64,000 nucleotides of DNA, from positions 458-64,457 of the forward strand of contig JAFMCU010000002.1 of NCBI GenBank assembly GCA_017857595.1. Direction: 5' to 3'. Positions 44,157-53,713 of this stretch are shown in pieces. Each line of letters opens with the position of its first letter. Position 1 is the first letter of the stretch. A program made the translations under genes and the position numbers. The notes under the pieces are model-generated. The model saw nothing but the letters and a program-made list of their open reading frames with translations, searched no databases and was not told the origin of the DNA. This DNA comes from Thermoprotei archaeon. Lineage in GTDB: Archaea; Thermoproteota; Thermoprotei; Gearchaeales; Gearchaeaceae.

Positions 44157-45346
44157 AACTTTCAAAATATTTTGTTAAAAAATTAAGAAACGAGGGTGTT
44201 TCTGAATATGTAATACGAAAATTACAAGAAAAATTATCTACTTATCAAGAAATTCCCACGAAGGTTTTGAAAAAGATAGTTGAAAAGGTTATAGAAAAAT
44301 ACAACTCAGCACTAATAGAACCGAGCGAAAATATAGGCGTGGTCACAGCTCAATCTGTAGGTGAACCGGGCACCCAAATGACATTAAGGACATTTCACTT
44401 TGTAGGGGTAAAAGAATTAAATGTAACGCTCGGATTGCCACGATTAATAGAAATATTTGATGCAAGAAATAAACCCTCTACTCCAACAATGATTGTGCCG
44501 CTTAAGAAGCCATATTCTCAGAGTAAAGACAAAGCTATGAAGGTTGCAATAAAATTAGAGGAATTATTAGTCGAAGATATATTGACCGATCATGAAACAG
44601 ATGAAAACGCGATGGAAGTTATATTATATTTAGATAAAGACGCTATGAAATCAAGGGATGTGAAAGTCAAAGATTTAAAAGCTCTCTTACAAAAGATCAA
44701 AAATGTTAAAGTGTTATATTCAGAATCTGATCCAAGTGTAATAAGGATTTCTCCATTACAACAGTTAAATATTAAGCAATTAAACAAATTAAAAGATAGG
44801 GTCTTAAATCTTAAGATAAAAGGAATTTCTGGTATTCGTAGAACAGTCGTTAGAAGAGTTGATAAAGAAGATGGTACCTTTGAATGGGTCATAGCTACTG
44901 AGGGCTCTAATTTAAAAGATATGTTGAAGGTTCCAGAAGTAGATAGAAACCGTGTTTATACAAACGATATTTTTGAAGTTTACAATGTATTAGGAATAGA
45001 AGCAGCAAGAATCGTGATAATTAGAGAAGCAATGAAAGTACTTGAAGATCAAGGTTTAGATGTAAATATAAAACATATAATGTTAATAGCTGATGCTATG
45101 ACAAGAACTGGTAAAATAAAGCAAATAGGAAGACATGGTATTGTAGGCGAAAAGCCTAGCCCATTAGCAAAGGCTGCTTTCGAAATAACTACCAAGCACC
45201 TATATGATGCAGCTATTCGAGGTGCTATAGACGAATTAAAAGGAGTTGCTGAAAATATTATAGTGGGGCAGCCAATAAAGACGGGTACAGGGAAAGTGAA
45301 AATGTATTTTGATATAATGAAATATATAGAAAATTTGGCAAGTTGA
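44153..45346 (+). CDS. rpoA2: DNA-directed RNA polymerase subunit A'' (Rpo1C)
   Basis: 397 aa. GVVTAQSVGEPGTQMTLRTFHFVG. Confidence 0.95.
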   Translation: MKLSKYFVKKLRNEGVSEYVIRKLQEKLSTYQEIPTKVLKKIVEKVIEKYNSALIEPSENIGVVTAQSVGEPGTQMTLRTFHFVGVKELNVTLGLPRLIEIFDARNKPSTPTMIVPLKKPYSQSKDKAMKVAIKLEELLVEDILTDHETDENAMEVILYLDKDAMKSRDVKVKDLKALLQKIKNVKVLYSESDPSVIRISPLQQLNIKQLNKLKDRVLNLKIKGISGIRRTVVRRVDKEDGTFEWVIATEGSNLKDMLKVPEVDRNRVYTNDIFEVYNVLGIEAARIVIIREAMKVLEDQGLDVNIKHIMLIADAMTRTGKIKQIGRHGIVGEKPSPLAKAAFEITTKHLYDAAIRGAIDELKGVAENIIVGQPIKTGTGKVKMYFDIMKYIENLAS

Positions 45347-45347
45347 A

Positions 45348-45656
45348 ATGGTAGAAATAGAAAAAGAACTTCCTCTTTTATTTAAAACAGGTAAAGTTGT
45401 GTATGGTTTTAGAGAAGTAATGAAAACAATTTATGCTAAAAAAGTATTGGGTCTTATTGTAGCAAGAGATATACCTAAGAATCTCTACGATAAATTGATT
45501 TACTATGCTAAAATATTTTCCATACCGTATTATATTTATGAAGGAAGTAGTAAAGAATTAGGGGTTTTATGCGGGAAAAAGTTTGTAATCTCCAGCATAG
45601 CTATTCTTTCACCTGGTGAATCGAGTATTTTAAATTTATTTGAAGTTTCGAAATGA
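45348..45656 (+). CDS. rpl30e: 50S ribosomal protein L30e (eL30)
   Basis: 102 aa. Occupies the conserved position between rpoA2 and nusA. GKVVYGFREV.K and LGVLCGK motifs. Confidence 0.85.
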   Translation: MVEIEKELPLLFKTGKVVYGFREVMKTIYAKKVLGLIVARDIPKNLYDKLIYYAKIFSIPYYIYEGSSKELGVLCGKKFVISSIAILSPGESSILNLFEVSK

Positions 45657-46090
45657 GTGAAGGAATAAAATTAGGGAATAGAGAACTCGAATTCATTAAT
45701 TTATTTGAATTAATAAGCACAGTAAAAGTTAAAGACTGTATTATTGATGAGGGGTTTAATAGAATAATTTTCTTAGTAAACCCAAAAGAAGTGGGTTTGG
45801 CTGTAGGTAAAAATGGTGAACGAGTGCAACTTTTTAAAAAGATGACATCCTTAGATGCAGAAGTTATACCTTATTATGAAACTCCTGAAGAGATGATTAA
45901 AGGGTGCTTCTTCCCTTTTGATATTAAAGAAATAAAGCTAACCACCAATCTAAAAGGAGAAAAGATAGCATATGTGTACACAGATCCTTCCATTAAAGCA
46001 AGAGTAATAGGCGCTAAAGGTAAAAATATTACCAGAGCTAAAATAATTGCAAAAAGATATTTTGGTATAAAGAATGTTATTGTTGTTTAA
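45653..46090 (+). CDS. nusA: Archaeal NusA-like termination factor (two KH domains)
   Basis: 145 aa. GLAVGKNGERV and VIGAKGKNITRAK (GxxG KH loops). Confidence 0.85.
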   Translation: MSEGIKLGNRELEFINLFELISTVKVKDCIIDEGFNRIIFLVNPKEVGLAVGKNGERVQLFKKMTSLDAEVIPYYETPEEMIKGCFFPFDIKEIKLTTNLKGEKIAYVYTDPSIKARVIGAKGKNITRAKIIAKRYFGIKNVIVV

Positions 46091-46127
46091 CTTTAAAAAT
46101 ATGCATTATTATTATTTTTAATTAAAA

Positions 46128-46565
46128 ATGGGAAGATCACCTGCAGGATTATTTGGGGCAAGGAAATTAGCATTAAAAAATCAAAAATTTAGATGGAGTA
46201 AACCAGAGTATAAAAAAAGGATGTTAAGACTTAAAGAAAAATTTGATCCGTTAGAAGGTGCCCCTCAAGCTAGAGGTATAGTAATAGAAAAAGTGGGTGT
46301 TGAATCTAGACAGCCAAATTCAGCGGTTAGAAAATGTGTTCGTGTTCAATTAGTTAAAAATGGGAAACAAATTACAGCTTTTGTTCCAAAAGACGGCGCA
46401 TTAAATTTCATTTCTGAGCATGATGAAGTAATAGTTGAAGGAATTGGTGGACCTCAGGGAAGAGCTTATGGAGATTTACCAGGCGTAAGATGGAAAGTAA
46501 TAAAGGTTAATGGTGTCTCTTTAAGTGAAATATTAAAAGGTAAAAAGCAAAAACCACAAAGATAA
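46128..46565 (+). CDS. rps12: 30S ribosomal protein S12 (uS12)
   Basis: 145 aa. [24 protein letters not shown]. Confidence 0.95.
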   Translation: MGRSPAGLFGARKLALKNQKFRWSKPEYKKRMLRLKEKFDPLEGAPQARGIVIEKVGVESRQPNSAVRKCVRVQLVKNGKQITAFVPKDGALNFISEHDEVIVEGIGGPQGRAYGDLPGVRWKVIKVNGVSLSEILKGKKQKPQR

Positions 46566-47143
46566 TGTCAATAGTATTAAATAAATTACTCGCTTTTGGC
46601 AGATGGAATGCAGAGGAAGTCAAAGTTAACGATATATCATTAGTTAAATACATAAATCTAAAAAATCTTCTAGCCCCACATACAAGTGGACGATTAGTTA
46701 AAAAGAGATTTGGCAAAGCTAATGTACCAATTTACGAGAGGCTAGCTAATCAATTAATGAAACCAGGGGAGAATCAAGGTAAAAAATTAAAAGCTTTAAA
46801 TATCGTTTATAAAGCATTTACGATTATTGAACTTAGGACCAGACAAAATCCTATACAAGTGCTAGTAAATGCTATTGAAAATTCAGCTCCTAGAGAAGAA
46901 ACTACAAGAATATTGCTAGGAGGAATAGTTTACCATGTCGCTGTTGATGTAGCACCACAAAGAAGAGTAGATCTTGCTATTAGGTGGATATGTGAAGGGG
47001 CAAGAGAATCATCTTTTAATAATCCAAAACCTATTGAAGAAAGTCTAGCTGATGAAATAATTTTAGCTTCTAGAGCAGATCCAAAATCTTATGCAGTAAG
47101 GAAAAAGGAGGAAGTTGAGAGAATTGCATTATCTTCAAGATAA
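46565..47143 (+). CDS. rps7: 30S ribosomal protein S7 (uS7)
   Basis: 192 aa. Conserved position, with the [14 protein letters not shown] motif. Confidence 0.92.
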   Translation: MSIVLNKLLAFGRWNAEEVKVNDISLVKYINLKNLLAPHTSGRLVKKRFGKANVPIYERLANQLMKPGENQGKKLKALNIVYKAFTIIELRTRQNPIQVLVNAIENSAPREETTRILLGGIVYHVAVDVAPQRRVDLAIRWICEGARESSFNNPKPIEESLADEIILASRADPKSYAVRKKEEVERIALSSR

Positions 47144-47202
47144 AAATTTAATTAAATTTATAAATGAATAATAATAAAGATAAGTTATCTCTGTGATAGA
47201 TT

Positions 47203-48504
47203 ATGTCGGAGAAAAAACCTCATTTGAATTTAATAGTAGCGGGTCATGTAGATCATGGTAAATCAACAACTACAGGACACATTCTAACATTGCTTGGTGT
47301 AGTAGATCCAAAGAAAAGAGCTGAAGTCGAAGAAGAAGCTAAAAAGCGCGGTAAAGAATTTGCTAAGTATGCATGGATATTAGACACATATAAAGAGGAA
47401 AGAGAAAGAGACATGACAATAGATTTAACTTTCTTAAAATTTGAAACAAAGAAATATTTCTTTACAATTATCGATGCTCCAGGTCATAGAGACTTTGTAA
47501 AGAACATGGTTACTGGTGCGTCACAAGCTGATGCTGCATTGCTTGTGGTTTCTGCCAAAAAAGGCGAATTTGAAGCTGGAGTAGGAGCAACAGGACAAAC
47601 AAGAGAACATGCATTCTTGTTAAGAACGATGGGTGTTTCCCAAATAGTAGTAGCAATAAATAAGATGGACGATCCTTCTGTTAATTGGAGTAAAGAAAGA
47701 TACGAAGAGGTAAGAAAAGGAATATTAGATTTATTAAGACAAGTTGGATATCAAGTAGACAAAATAAGAGTTGTCCCGATTTCAGCTTGGTACGGGGATA
47801 ATTTAGTAGAAAGAAGTAAAAATACACCTTGGTATAACGGTCCCACATTAGCTGAGGCATTTGATGAATTTATAGTTCCTCCAAGGCCTGTAGATAAGCC
47901 TTTAAGAATACCTGTAGAAGCAGTTTATTCGATAACGGGTGTAGGTACTGTTCCTACAGGAAGGGTAGAAACAGGTCGTTTAAGAGTGGGTGACGTGGTG
48001 ATAGTTATGCCCTCAGGGAAGAAAGGAGAAGTTAGGTCAATAGAGATGCATCATACTCCTAGACAAGAAGCTTTACCTGGCGATAACATTGGTTTTAATG
48101 TAAAAGGATTAGAAAAAACTGATGTAAAGAGAGGAGATGTATTTGGAAGTGGAAACAGTGTTCCAACAGTAGCTGATTCTATAATTGCAAGAATATTCGT
48201 GATATATCATCCTACTTCAATAACGGTTGGATATACGCCGGTCATGCATATTCATACTGCAACAATAGCTACAAAATTTGAAGAAATACAGAAAAAGATA
48301 GATCCAAGAACAGGCTCCACGATAGAGGAAAATCCTAAATTTATTAAACAAGGTGATGCTGCTATTGTGAAATTAAAGCCCATAAGACCTGTAGTAGTAG
48401 AAAAATATTCCGACTTTCCAGGATTGGGAAGATTTGCAATAAGAGATATGGGAAGAACAATAGCTGCAGGTGTTGTATTGGAAGTTATACCTGCTAAAGC
48501 ATAA
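47203..48504 (+). CDS. tuf: Translation elongation factor EF-1 alpha
   Basis: 433 aa. KPHLNLIVAGHVDHGKST, DAPGHRDF and NKMD. Confidence 0.97.
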   Translation: MSEKKPHLNLIVAGHVDHGKSTTTGHILTLLGVVDPKKRAEVEEEAKKRGKEFAKYAWILDTYKEERERDMTIDLTFLKFETKKYFFTIIDAPGHRDFVKNMVTGASQADAALLVVSAKKGEFEAGVGATGQTREHAFLLRTMGVSQIVVAINKMDDPSVNWSKERYEEVRKGILDLLRQVGYQVDKIRVVPISAWYGDNLVERSKNTPWYNGPTLAEAFDEFIVPPRPVDKPLRIPVEAVYSITGVGTVPTGRVETGRLRVGDVVIVMPSGKKGEVRSIEMHHTPRQEALPGDNIGFNVKGLEKTDVKRGDVFGSGNSVPTVADSIIARIFVIYHPTSITVGYTPVMHIHTATIATKFEEIQKKIDPRTGSTIEENPKFIKQGDAAIVKLKPIRPVVVEKYSDFPGLGRFAIRDMGRTIAAGVVLEVIPAKA

Positions 48505-48812
48505 TGCCTAGGATAGCAAGAATATACTTATACGCAACAAACATTCGAGATCTAGAAAATGTAGTGAATGATATAAAGAAGATTGCCGATGCAGAAAATG
48601 GGAGAGTCGCAGGTCCAATACCTTTACCAGTAAAGAGGTTAAAGGTCGTAACTAGAAAGACTCCCTGCGGAGATGGCACCCATACATTTGATAGATGGGA
48701 GTTAAGGATACATAAAAGAATAATAGATGTTTTAGCTACAGAAGGAATGATGAGACAACTTGCAAGAATAAAGATACCATCCAACGTAAGGATTTCTATA
48801 AATATAAAATAA
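48504..48812 (+). CDS. rps10: 30S ribosomal protein S10 (uS10)
   Basis: 102 aa. ARI.L......LE.V...I....E..G..V.GPIPLP.K.L.V..RK.P.G.G. TAATG coupling to tuf. Confidence 0.92.
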   Translation: MPRIARIYLYATNIRDLENVVNDIKKIADAENGRVAGPIPLPVKRLKVVTRKTPCGDGTHTFDRWELRIHKRIIDVLATEGMMRQLARIKIPSNVRISINIK

Positions 48813-48855
48813 ATAATTTTTATTTGTTATTATTAATTTTTAATTGTCTTGATGA

Positions 48856-48961
48856 GCCGGGACTAGCCGGGATAACTTTCCCGAAAGCCTAGCGGACAAG
48901 GCGCAGGCCTTGAGAGCCTGTGGGGATTTTCCCCGCGTGGGTTCGAATCCCACTCCCGGCG
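48856..48961 (+). tRNA. tRNA-Ser (UGA) with a 12-22 nt extra insertion between the acceptor 5' strand and the D-arm (probable non-canonical intron)
   Basis: 3' portion: GCC-TAGCGGACAA-GGC-G-CAGGC-CTTGAGA-GCCTG, long variable arm GGGGATTTTCCCC, GTGGG-TTCGAAT-CCCAC-TCCCGGC-G. The acceptor 5' strand GCCGGGA occurs twice (48856-62 and 48866-72). Confidence 0.7.
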
Positions 48962-48970
48962 ATAGAAACA

Positions 48971-48995
48971 TTTTTTTTGTTTAAATTTGTTTTTT
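48971..48995 (+). terminator. Oligo-T tracts (T8 then T6): candidate archaeal terminator after rps10/tRNA-Ser
   Basis: CATTTTTTTTGTTTAAATTTGTTTTTT begins 10 nt after the tRNA 3' end. Confidence 0.4.
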
Positions 48996-49106
48996 AGAAT
49001 ATTTTTTTAAATTTTCACCATAACTTTGAATAAAATTTTTAAATAATAATTCATCCATAAATCAAAAAATTTTTATGTAATTATTTACGATAATTAACAT
49101 AATTAA

Positions 49107-49514
49107 ATGGGGGCTAGGGAACAATTAAGACAAAATTCTGTTCTCGAACTTGGAAGACATATTGTAGCTGACATTAGGGTAGAAAACAAAGAAATTTTAA
49201 CAGATATTAACTTTTTCAAAAAATTATTATATCAAAGCGCTATTAAAGCAAACTTAAAAGTGATAGGCGAAAGTCATTATAAATTTGATAAAACAGGAGG
49301 GTTTTCTTTTATGCTTTTTATAGCGGAATCTCACATATCTATTCATACATGGCCTGAATACGGTTATGCAGCATTGGATATTTTTACATGCGGAGAAAAT
49401 GCTAAACCTTGGGAAGCTTTTAACTTTATTATTCAACATTTAAAAGTTGAAAAGGTAAATGTTATGGAACTTAAACGTGGAATACTTGATAAAAGCATTG
49501 AAAGATTTGTTTAA
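49107..49514 (+). CDS. speH: S-adenosylmethionine decarboxylase proenzyme (pyruvoyl type)
   Basis: 135 aa. The self-cleavage/active-site block FIAESHISIHTWPEYGYAALDIFTCG. Confidence 0.88.
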   Translation: MGAREQLRQNSVLELGRHIVADIRVENKEILTDINFFKKLLYQSAIKANLKVIGESHYKFDKTGGFSFMLFIAESHISIHTWPEYGYAALDIFTCGENAKPWEAFNFIIQHLKVEKVNVMELKRGILDKSIERFV

Positions 49515-49549
49515 AAAATTAATTATTTGATGTATTAATAAAAAAATAT

Positions 49550-49663
49550 ATGGGAGGAAAACAAAGAACATCAATTTTTATGGATAAAAGTAAGCAACAA
49601 CAGAGTACTGTAAAGAAAGAAGAAAAACAAAAGGAGAAAGAGAAAGAAAGTAAAAATAAATAA
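49550..49663 (+). CDS. Possible 37-aa Lys/Glu/Gln-rich micro-protein
   Basis: My own translation gives MGGKQRTSIFMDKSKQQQSTVKKEEKQKEKEKESKNK. It fills the gap in front of the DUF171 gene, stopping 4 nt before its TTG start. There is no homology evidence. Confidence 0.25.
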   Translation: MGGKQRTSIFMDKSKQQQSTVKKEEKQKEKEKESKNK

Positions 49664-49666
49664 CAT

Positions 49667-50461
49667 TTGGCAGATTTTAATGTAATTATACCAAGCGATA
49701 TTTTTTCTGATATACCTAATTTAAGAGAAAAAACTGTTAGAATCGCTAATTTTGTACGAATTATTAATCTTTTTCGTGTAAAAAGATTAATAATATTTCA
49801 CCATCATAAACAAGATAAAGAGTTTGAATTATTATTAGATTTTTTTCTTACACCATCTTATCTAAGAAAGTTTAAATTTAAATTAGATAGAAGATTAAGA
49901 TTTACTGGTTGTGCTCCACCTATTAGAGCATTTTATGAAAGTTGGAAAGAAAAAAGAATAGGTATAATTATTGATTATGATCCAATTAATAATATCTCTA
50001 AAATTGAAGCAGGTTTATCTAATCAAATTAAGATTAGAACAAATAAAAATCTAGTAGGAAAGATCATAACAGTAAAAAAAATTGAAAAAAATTGGGAAAT
50101 ATGCAGTGAAAATACACCTGAGGAGATTATAAAACCAATATTTATAAAAAATATTACCCAATTCTTGAATAATTTAAATCGAGAAACAATACTTATCATA
50201 TCTACTTCCAGAAAAGGGAAAATGATAAATCTCAATCTTCTAAATGAACTTAATCAAAAAATTAAAAAAGTTAACGAAATCTTTTTTGTTTTTGGTTCGC
50301 CTAAGGAAGGCCTATATGAAATCTACAAAGAAATTGGTGAAAACTTAGAAGATTTATCTGATTATGTTCTTAATTTATTCCCTAATCAGGGTATAGAAAC
50401 AATTAGGACTGATGAAGCAATTTTTGGTACTTTGAGCATTTTTAATATCTTGCGATCTTAA
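49667..50461 (+). CDS. SPOUT-superfamily RNA methyltransferase (DUF171/COG2106, SPOUT1-like)
   Basis: 264 aa with a TTG start. VIIPSDIFSDIPNLREKTVRIANFVRIINLFRVKRLIIF matches the family N-terminus. This is the usual position upstream of rpl3. Confidence 0.6.
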   Translation: MADFNVIIPSDIFSDIPNLREKTVRIANFVRIINLFRVKRLIIFHHHKQDKEFELLLDFFLTPSYLRKFKFKLDRRLRFTGCAPPIRAFYESWKEKRIGIIIDYDPINNISKIEAGLSNQIKIRTNKNLVGKIITVKKIEKNWEICSENTPEEIIKPIFIKNITQFLNNLNRETILIISTSRKGKMINLNLLNELNQKIKKVNEIFFVFGSPKEGLYEIYKEIGENLEDLSDYVLNLFPNQGIETIRTDEAIFGTLSIFNILRS

Positions 50462-50513
50462 AGTATATATTTAAAAAACTTTATTAATAAACTCATTCAA
50501 ATCAGTTGTTAAG

Positions 50514-51479
50514 ATGAGCGCTCCAAGAAGAGGTTCAATGGCATATTATCCTAGAGTAAGAGCTAGAAGCATAAGAGTTAGAGTAAAATCTTGGCCTATT
50601 TTGGCTGAGGAGACAAGATTATTAGGTTTTCCTGCATATAAGGCATTTGCTGCTCAAGCAGCTCTTATTGACACAGCTGAAAAGTCTCCATTATTTGGTA
50701 AAGAAGTCATAAAAGCATGTACCGTATTAGAATGTCCTGACATTTTTGTATTAGGATTAAAATTTTATACATATGAAAATGGCAGATTAGCAAGTTTACT
50801 TACAATCTATTCTCAAAATTATCCTGACAAAATATCAAAATATTTAGGAAAAATAGCAAAAAGTAGGTATACAATCAATGATCTACAAAATTACATTAAT
50901 AAAATTTGTGAAGTTAGAGCATTGGTCGCAACTCAGCCCTATTTAACTACTATAGGTAAAAAAAGACCTGAAATATTTGAAGTGAAAATAAGCGGTAACA
51001 TTAATGAGGCGATTGAATATGGTAAAAATCTTCTAGGTAAATTCGTTAGCGTAGATGAGATATTTAAAGATCTTCAATTAGTAGATATAATAGGTGTTAC
51101 AAAAGGTAAAGGCTTTCAAGGTGTTGTTAAGAGGTTTGGTGTAAAAATTCTGCCAAGATGGCATAAGCATCGAAAGGGAAGTAGAAAAATAGGTTCAATT
51201 GGACCGATAGAGCCTAGTTTAATGAGATATGTCCCAAGACCTGGTAAAATGGGTTTTCATAGAAGAACAGAGTATAATAAACAAATATTGAAAATAGGTG
51301 ATGATTTAACAATTATTAATCCAAAAGGTGGTATCAAACATTATGGTTTAATAAGGAATAAATATATAATCATTGCTGGGAGTGTAATGGGTCCTCCTAA
51401 AAGAATTATATTCCTACGATTTCCAATAAGACCTAGAAAAAGAGTAAAATCTTATAAATTTGAAAAGATTTTGCTATGA
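50514..51479 (+). CDS. rpl3: 50S ribosomal protein L3 (uL3)
   Basis: 321 aa. PRRGSMAYYPRVRA and TKGKGFQGVVKRFG. Confidence 0.95.
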   Translation: MSAPRRGSMAYYPRVRARSIRVRVKSWPILAEETRLLGFPAYKAFAAQAALIDTAEKSPLFGKEVIKACTVLECPDIFVLGLKFYTYENGRLASLLTIYSQNYPDKISKYLGKIAKSRYTINDLQNYINKICEVRALVATQPYLTTIGKKRPEIFEVKISGNINEAIEYGKNLLGKFVSVDEIFKDLQLVDIIGVTKGKGFQGVVKRFGVKILPRWHKHRKGSRKIGSIGPIEPSLMRYVPRPGKMGFHRRTEYNKQILKIGDDLTIINPKGGIKHYGLIRNKYIIIAGSVMGPPKRIIFLRFPIRPRKRVKSYKFEKILL

Positions 51480-52294
51480 ATAAAGTAGAAAATATTGAAG
51501 TTTTTGTTATTGGACAAGATGGAAGCGTGGATAGTAAATTAAGCTATATACCCAAGCCTTTTTTAAGCGAGTATAGATATGATTTAATCAAAAGGGCATT
51601 TTTAACGGAAGAACAGAATAAAAAGCAACCCAAAGGAGTTGACCCTTTAGCAGGCAAGAGAACCTCAGCTGAAAGCTGGGGCGTAGGATATGGAGTGGCT
51701 CGAGTTCCAAGAGTAAAAGGAGGGGGTACTCCAAGAGCAAATCAAGGCGCCTTCGCACCTAATACCATTGGCGGATATAATCCTACAGCACCTAAGTCTA
51801 ATAAAGTTATTAAAGTTAAAATTAATCGTAAAGAAAAGATTAAAGCTCTATTTAGTGCGATAGCTGCTACAATGAATATAGAATTAATACAGAAAAGAGG
51901 GCATATAATTACGAATCCAGATATAAAATTACCAATAGTACTAAGTGAAAATGCTTGTAAAATAAATAAAGTAAAGGATGCAATAAGACTGTTGAAAAAT
52001 TTGGGTTTATATAATGATATAGAAAGAGTTAGTAAAACTATTAAAATCAGAGCCGGTAAAGGAAAAATGCGTGGTAGGAGATATAAAGAAAGAAAAAGCT
52101 TATTGCTTGTTACTTTAGGAGATGAACCGATTAAATTCGCTTTAAACAACTTACCTGGAGTAGATGTGAGCAATGTTAGAAATTTACCTATTCATAAATT
52201 AGCTCCTGGCGGGCATCCTGCTAGATTAACAGTATGGACTATTAACGCATATAAATATTTGGCACAAAAATATGGTTTTATTGGTGTAATGTGA
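51476..52294 (+). CDS. rpl4: 50S ribosomal protein L4 (uL4)
   Basis: 272 aa. SWGVGYGVARVPRVKGGG and RAGKGKMRGRRY. Confidence 0.93.
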   Translation: MNKVENIEVFVIGQDGSVDSKLSYIPKPFLSEYRYDLIKRAFLTEEQNKKQPKGVDPLAGKRTSAESWGVGYGVARVPRVKGGGTPRANQGAFAPNTIGGYNPTAPKSNKVIKVKINRKEKIKALFSAIAATMNIELIQKRGHIITNPDIKLPIVLSENACKINKVKDAIRLLKNLGLYNDIERVSKTIKIRAGKGKMRGRRYKERKSLLLVTLGDEPIKFALNNLPGVDVSNVRNLPIHKLAPGGHPARLTVWTINAYKYLAQKYGFIGVM

Positions 52295-52554
52295 TGAGCA
52301 TCAAAACTATTATAAATAGGTTTGTGATATCAGAGAAAGCGTTAAAAATGGCTGAAAAAGAAAATAAAATTACAGTGATTGTATCTCTTGATTCCACAAA
52401 AAAAGATATAGCCAAGCAGTTAGAAAAAGACTATAATTTAAAAGTGGAAAAAATTAATGTTATTATAACACCAAAAGGAGAAAAAAAGGCCATTGTAAAA
52501 TTGCAAAAGGATCAATCAGCTATTGATTTTTACTCTAAAATAGGTTTGATATAA
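52291..52554 (+). CDS. rpl23: 50S ribosomal protein L23 (uL23)
   Basis: 87 aa. Conserved position, with SEKALKMAEKENKITVIV and KKAIVKL. Confidence 0.9.
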   Translation: MMSIKTIINRFVISEKALKMAEKENKITVIVSLDSTKKDIAKQLEKDYNLKVEKINVIITPKGEKKAIVKLQKDQSAIDFYSKIGLI

Positions 52555-53282
52555 TGGGTAAAAAATTAAGACAGCAAAGAGCTGGAAGAGGAACATCAAC
52601 TTTTATATCTCCAAGTTGGAGAAGAGTAGCTAAAATTAAATATCCTAGTTGGCTATACCCTTTGGTTAATGAAAGAGGTCTAGTAAAAGGAGTAATAGAA
52701 GATATAATTCCTGAAAGTGGAAGGGATGCACCGTTATGCTTGATTAAATTGGATAATGGTAAAAGTTTTTACAACATAGGTGCTGAAAATGTCTTTAAAG
52801 GAAGTGAGATTCAAATAGGCAAACAAGTTGAATTGAAAATTGGAAATATATGTGAGATAGGAAATCTTCCTGAAGGAACTGTAGTATTTAATATTGAAAG
52901 AAGACCTGGCGATGGTGGAAAACTTGTAAGAGCTGCAGGTACATATTCAACTATTGTTTCTCAAACTCAAAAAGGTACTATAATCAGTTTACCTTCTGGT
53001 AAAATGATCGAAGTTGATAAAAAATGTTTTGCTACTATAGGTCTCGTAGCAGCTAGTGGAAAAAGCGATAAAGTGCTTTTAAAAGCAGGAAAAAGTTATC
53101 ATAAATATAAAGCTAAAGCAAGAAAATGGCCTACTGTGAGAGGCAAAGCTATGTATGCTGCATCACATCCGCATGGCGGTGGCTCACATCCGAAGGGTGG
53201 CAGAGTAGTAAAGCGAACAGCACCACCTGGCCAAAAAGTAGGTTTTTATGCTTCAAAAAGAACTGGTAGAAGAAAGGGCTAA
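52554..53282 (+). CDS. rpl2: 50S ribosomal protein L2 (uL2)
   Basis: 242 aa. NIERRPGDGGKLVRAAG and SHPHGGGSHPKGG. Confidence 0.95.
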   Translation: MGKKLRQQRAGRGTSTFISPSWRRVAKIKYPSWLYPLVNERGLVKGVIEDIIPESGRDAPLCLIKLDNGKSFYNIGAENVFKGSEIQIGKQVELKIGNICEIGNLPEGTVVFNIERRPGDGGKLVRAAGTYSTIVSQTQKGTIISLPSGKMIEVDKKCFATIGLVAASGKSDKVLLKAGKSYHKYKAKARKWPTVRGKAMYAASHPHGGGSHPKGGRVVKRTAPPGQKVGFYASKRTGRRKG

Positions 53283-53317
53283 AAATATATAACATAGTTT
53301 TATAATAAATAAATACC

Positions 53318-53713
53318 ATGCCAAAAGAATTCACTTATCGTGGTTTTACATTCGACGAATTAAGTAAATTACCAATGGATGAATTTATTAATTTATTAAA
53401 ATCAAGAGAGAGAAGAATATTGAAAAGAGGATTATTGAAAAAACATAAAGCATTAATTGAAAAAATAAGAAATGCAAAAAAAGGCATTTATAATAAACCA
53501 ATAAGGACACATGCTAGAGATATGGTAATTTTACCTGATATGGTAAATCTTACTATAAATGTATATAACGGTAAAGAATTTGTCCCAGTTGAAATTAAGC
53601 CTGAGATGATTGGTCATAGATTAGGGGAATTTGCAATTACTACGAAGAAAGTTATACATGGTGAACCTGGATTAAGAGCGACAAGAGGATCAATGTACGT
53701 ACCGTTAAAGTAA
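53318..53713 (+). CDS. rps19: 30S ribosomal protein S19 (uS19)
   Basis: 131 aa. [32 protein letters not shown]. Confidence 0.93.
   Translation: MPKEFTYRGFTFDELSKLPMDEFINLLKSRERRILKRGLLKKHKALIEKIRNAKKGIYNKPIRTHARDMVILPDMVNLTINVYNGKEFVPVEIKPEMIGHRLGEFAITTKKVIHGEPGLRATRGSMYVPLK

Noticed and set aside
48850-48855. TGATGA upstream of tRNA-Ser as the C box of a C/D box sRNA
   Set aside because: I found no matching D box (CTGA) or terminal stem at the appropriate distance outside the tRNA. It is probably coincidental.
51742-52173. 143-aa antisense ORF opposite rpl4. Similar antisense ORFs occur at 1083..1352, 3642..3986, 15684..15869, 16350..16721, 32471..32782, 34205..34489, 44590..44892, 54282..54572, 57185..57487 and 62882..63139.
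   Set aside because: Each is fully nested antisense to a strongly conserved gene. They are typical shadow ORFs in AT-rich DNA with few stop codons in that frame.
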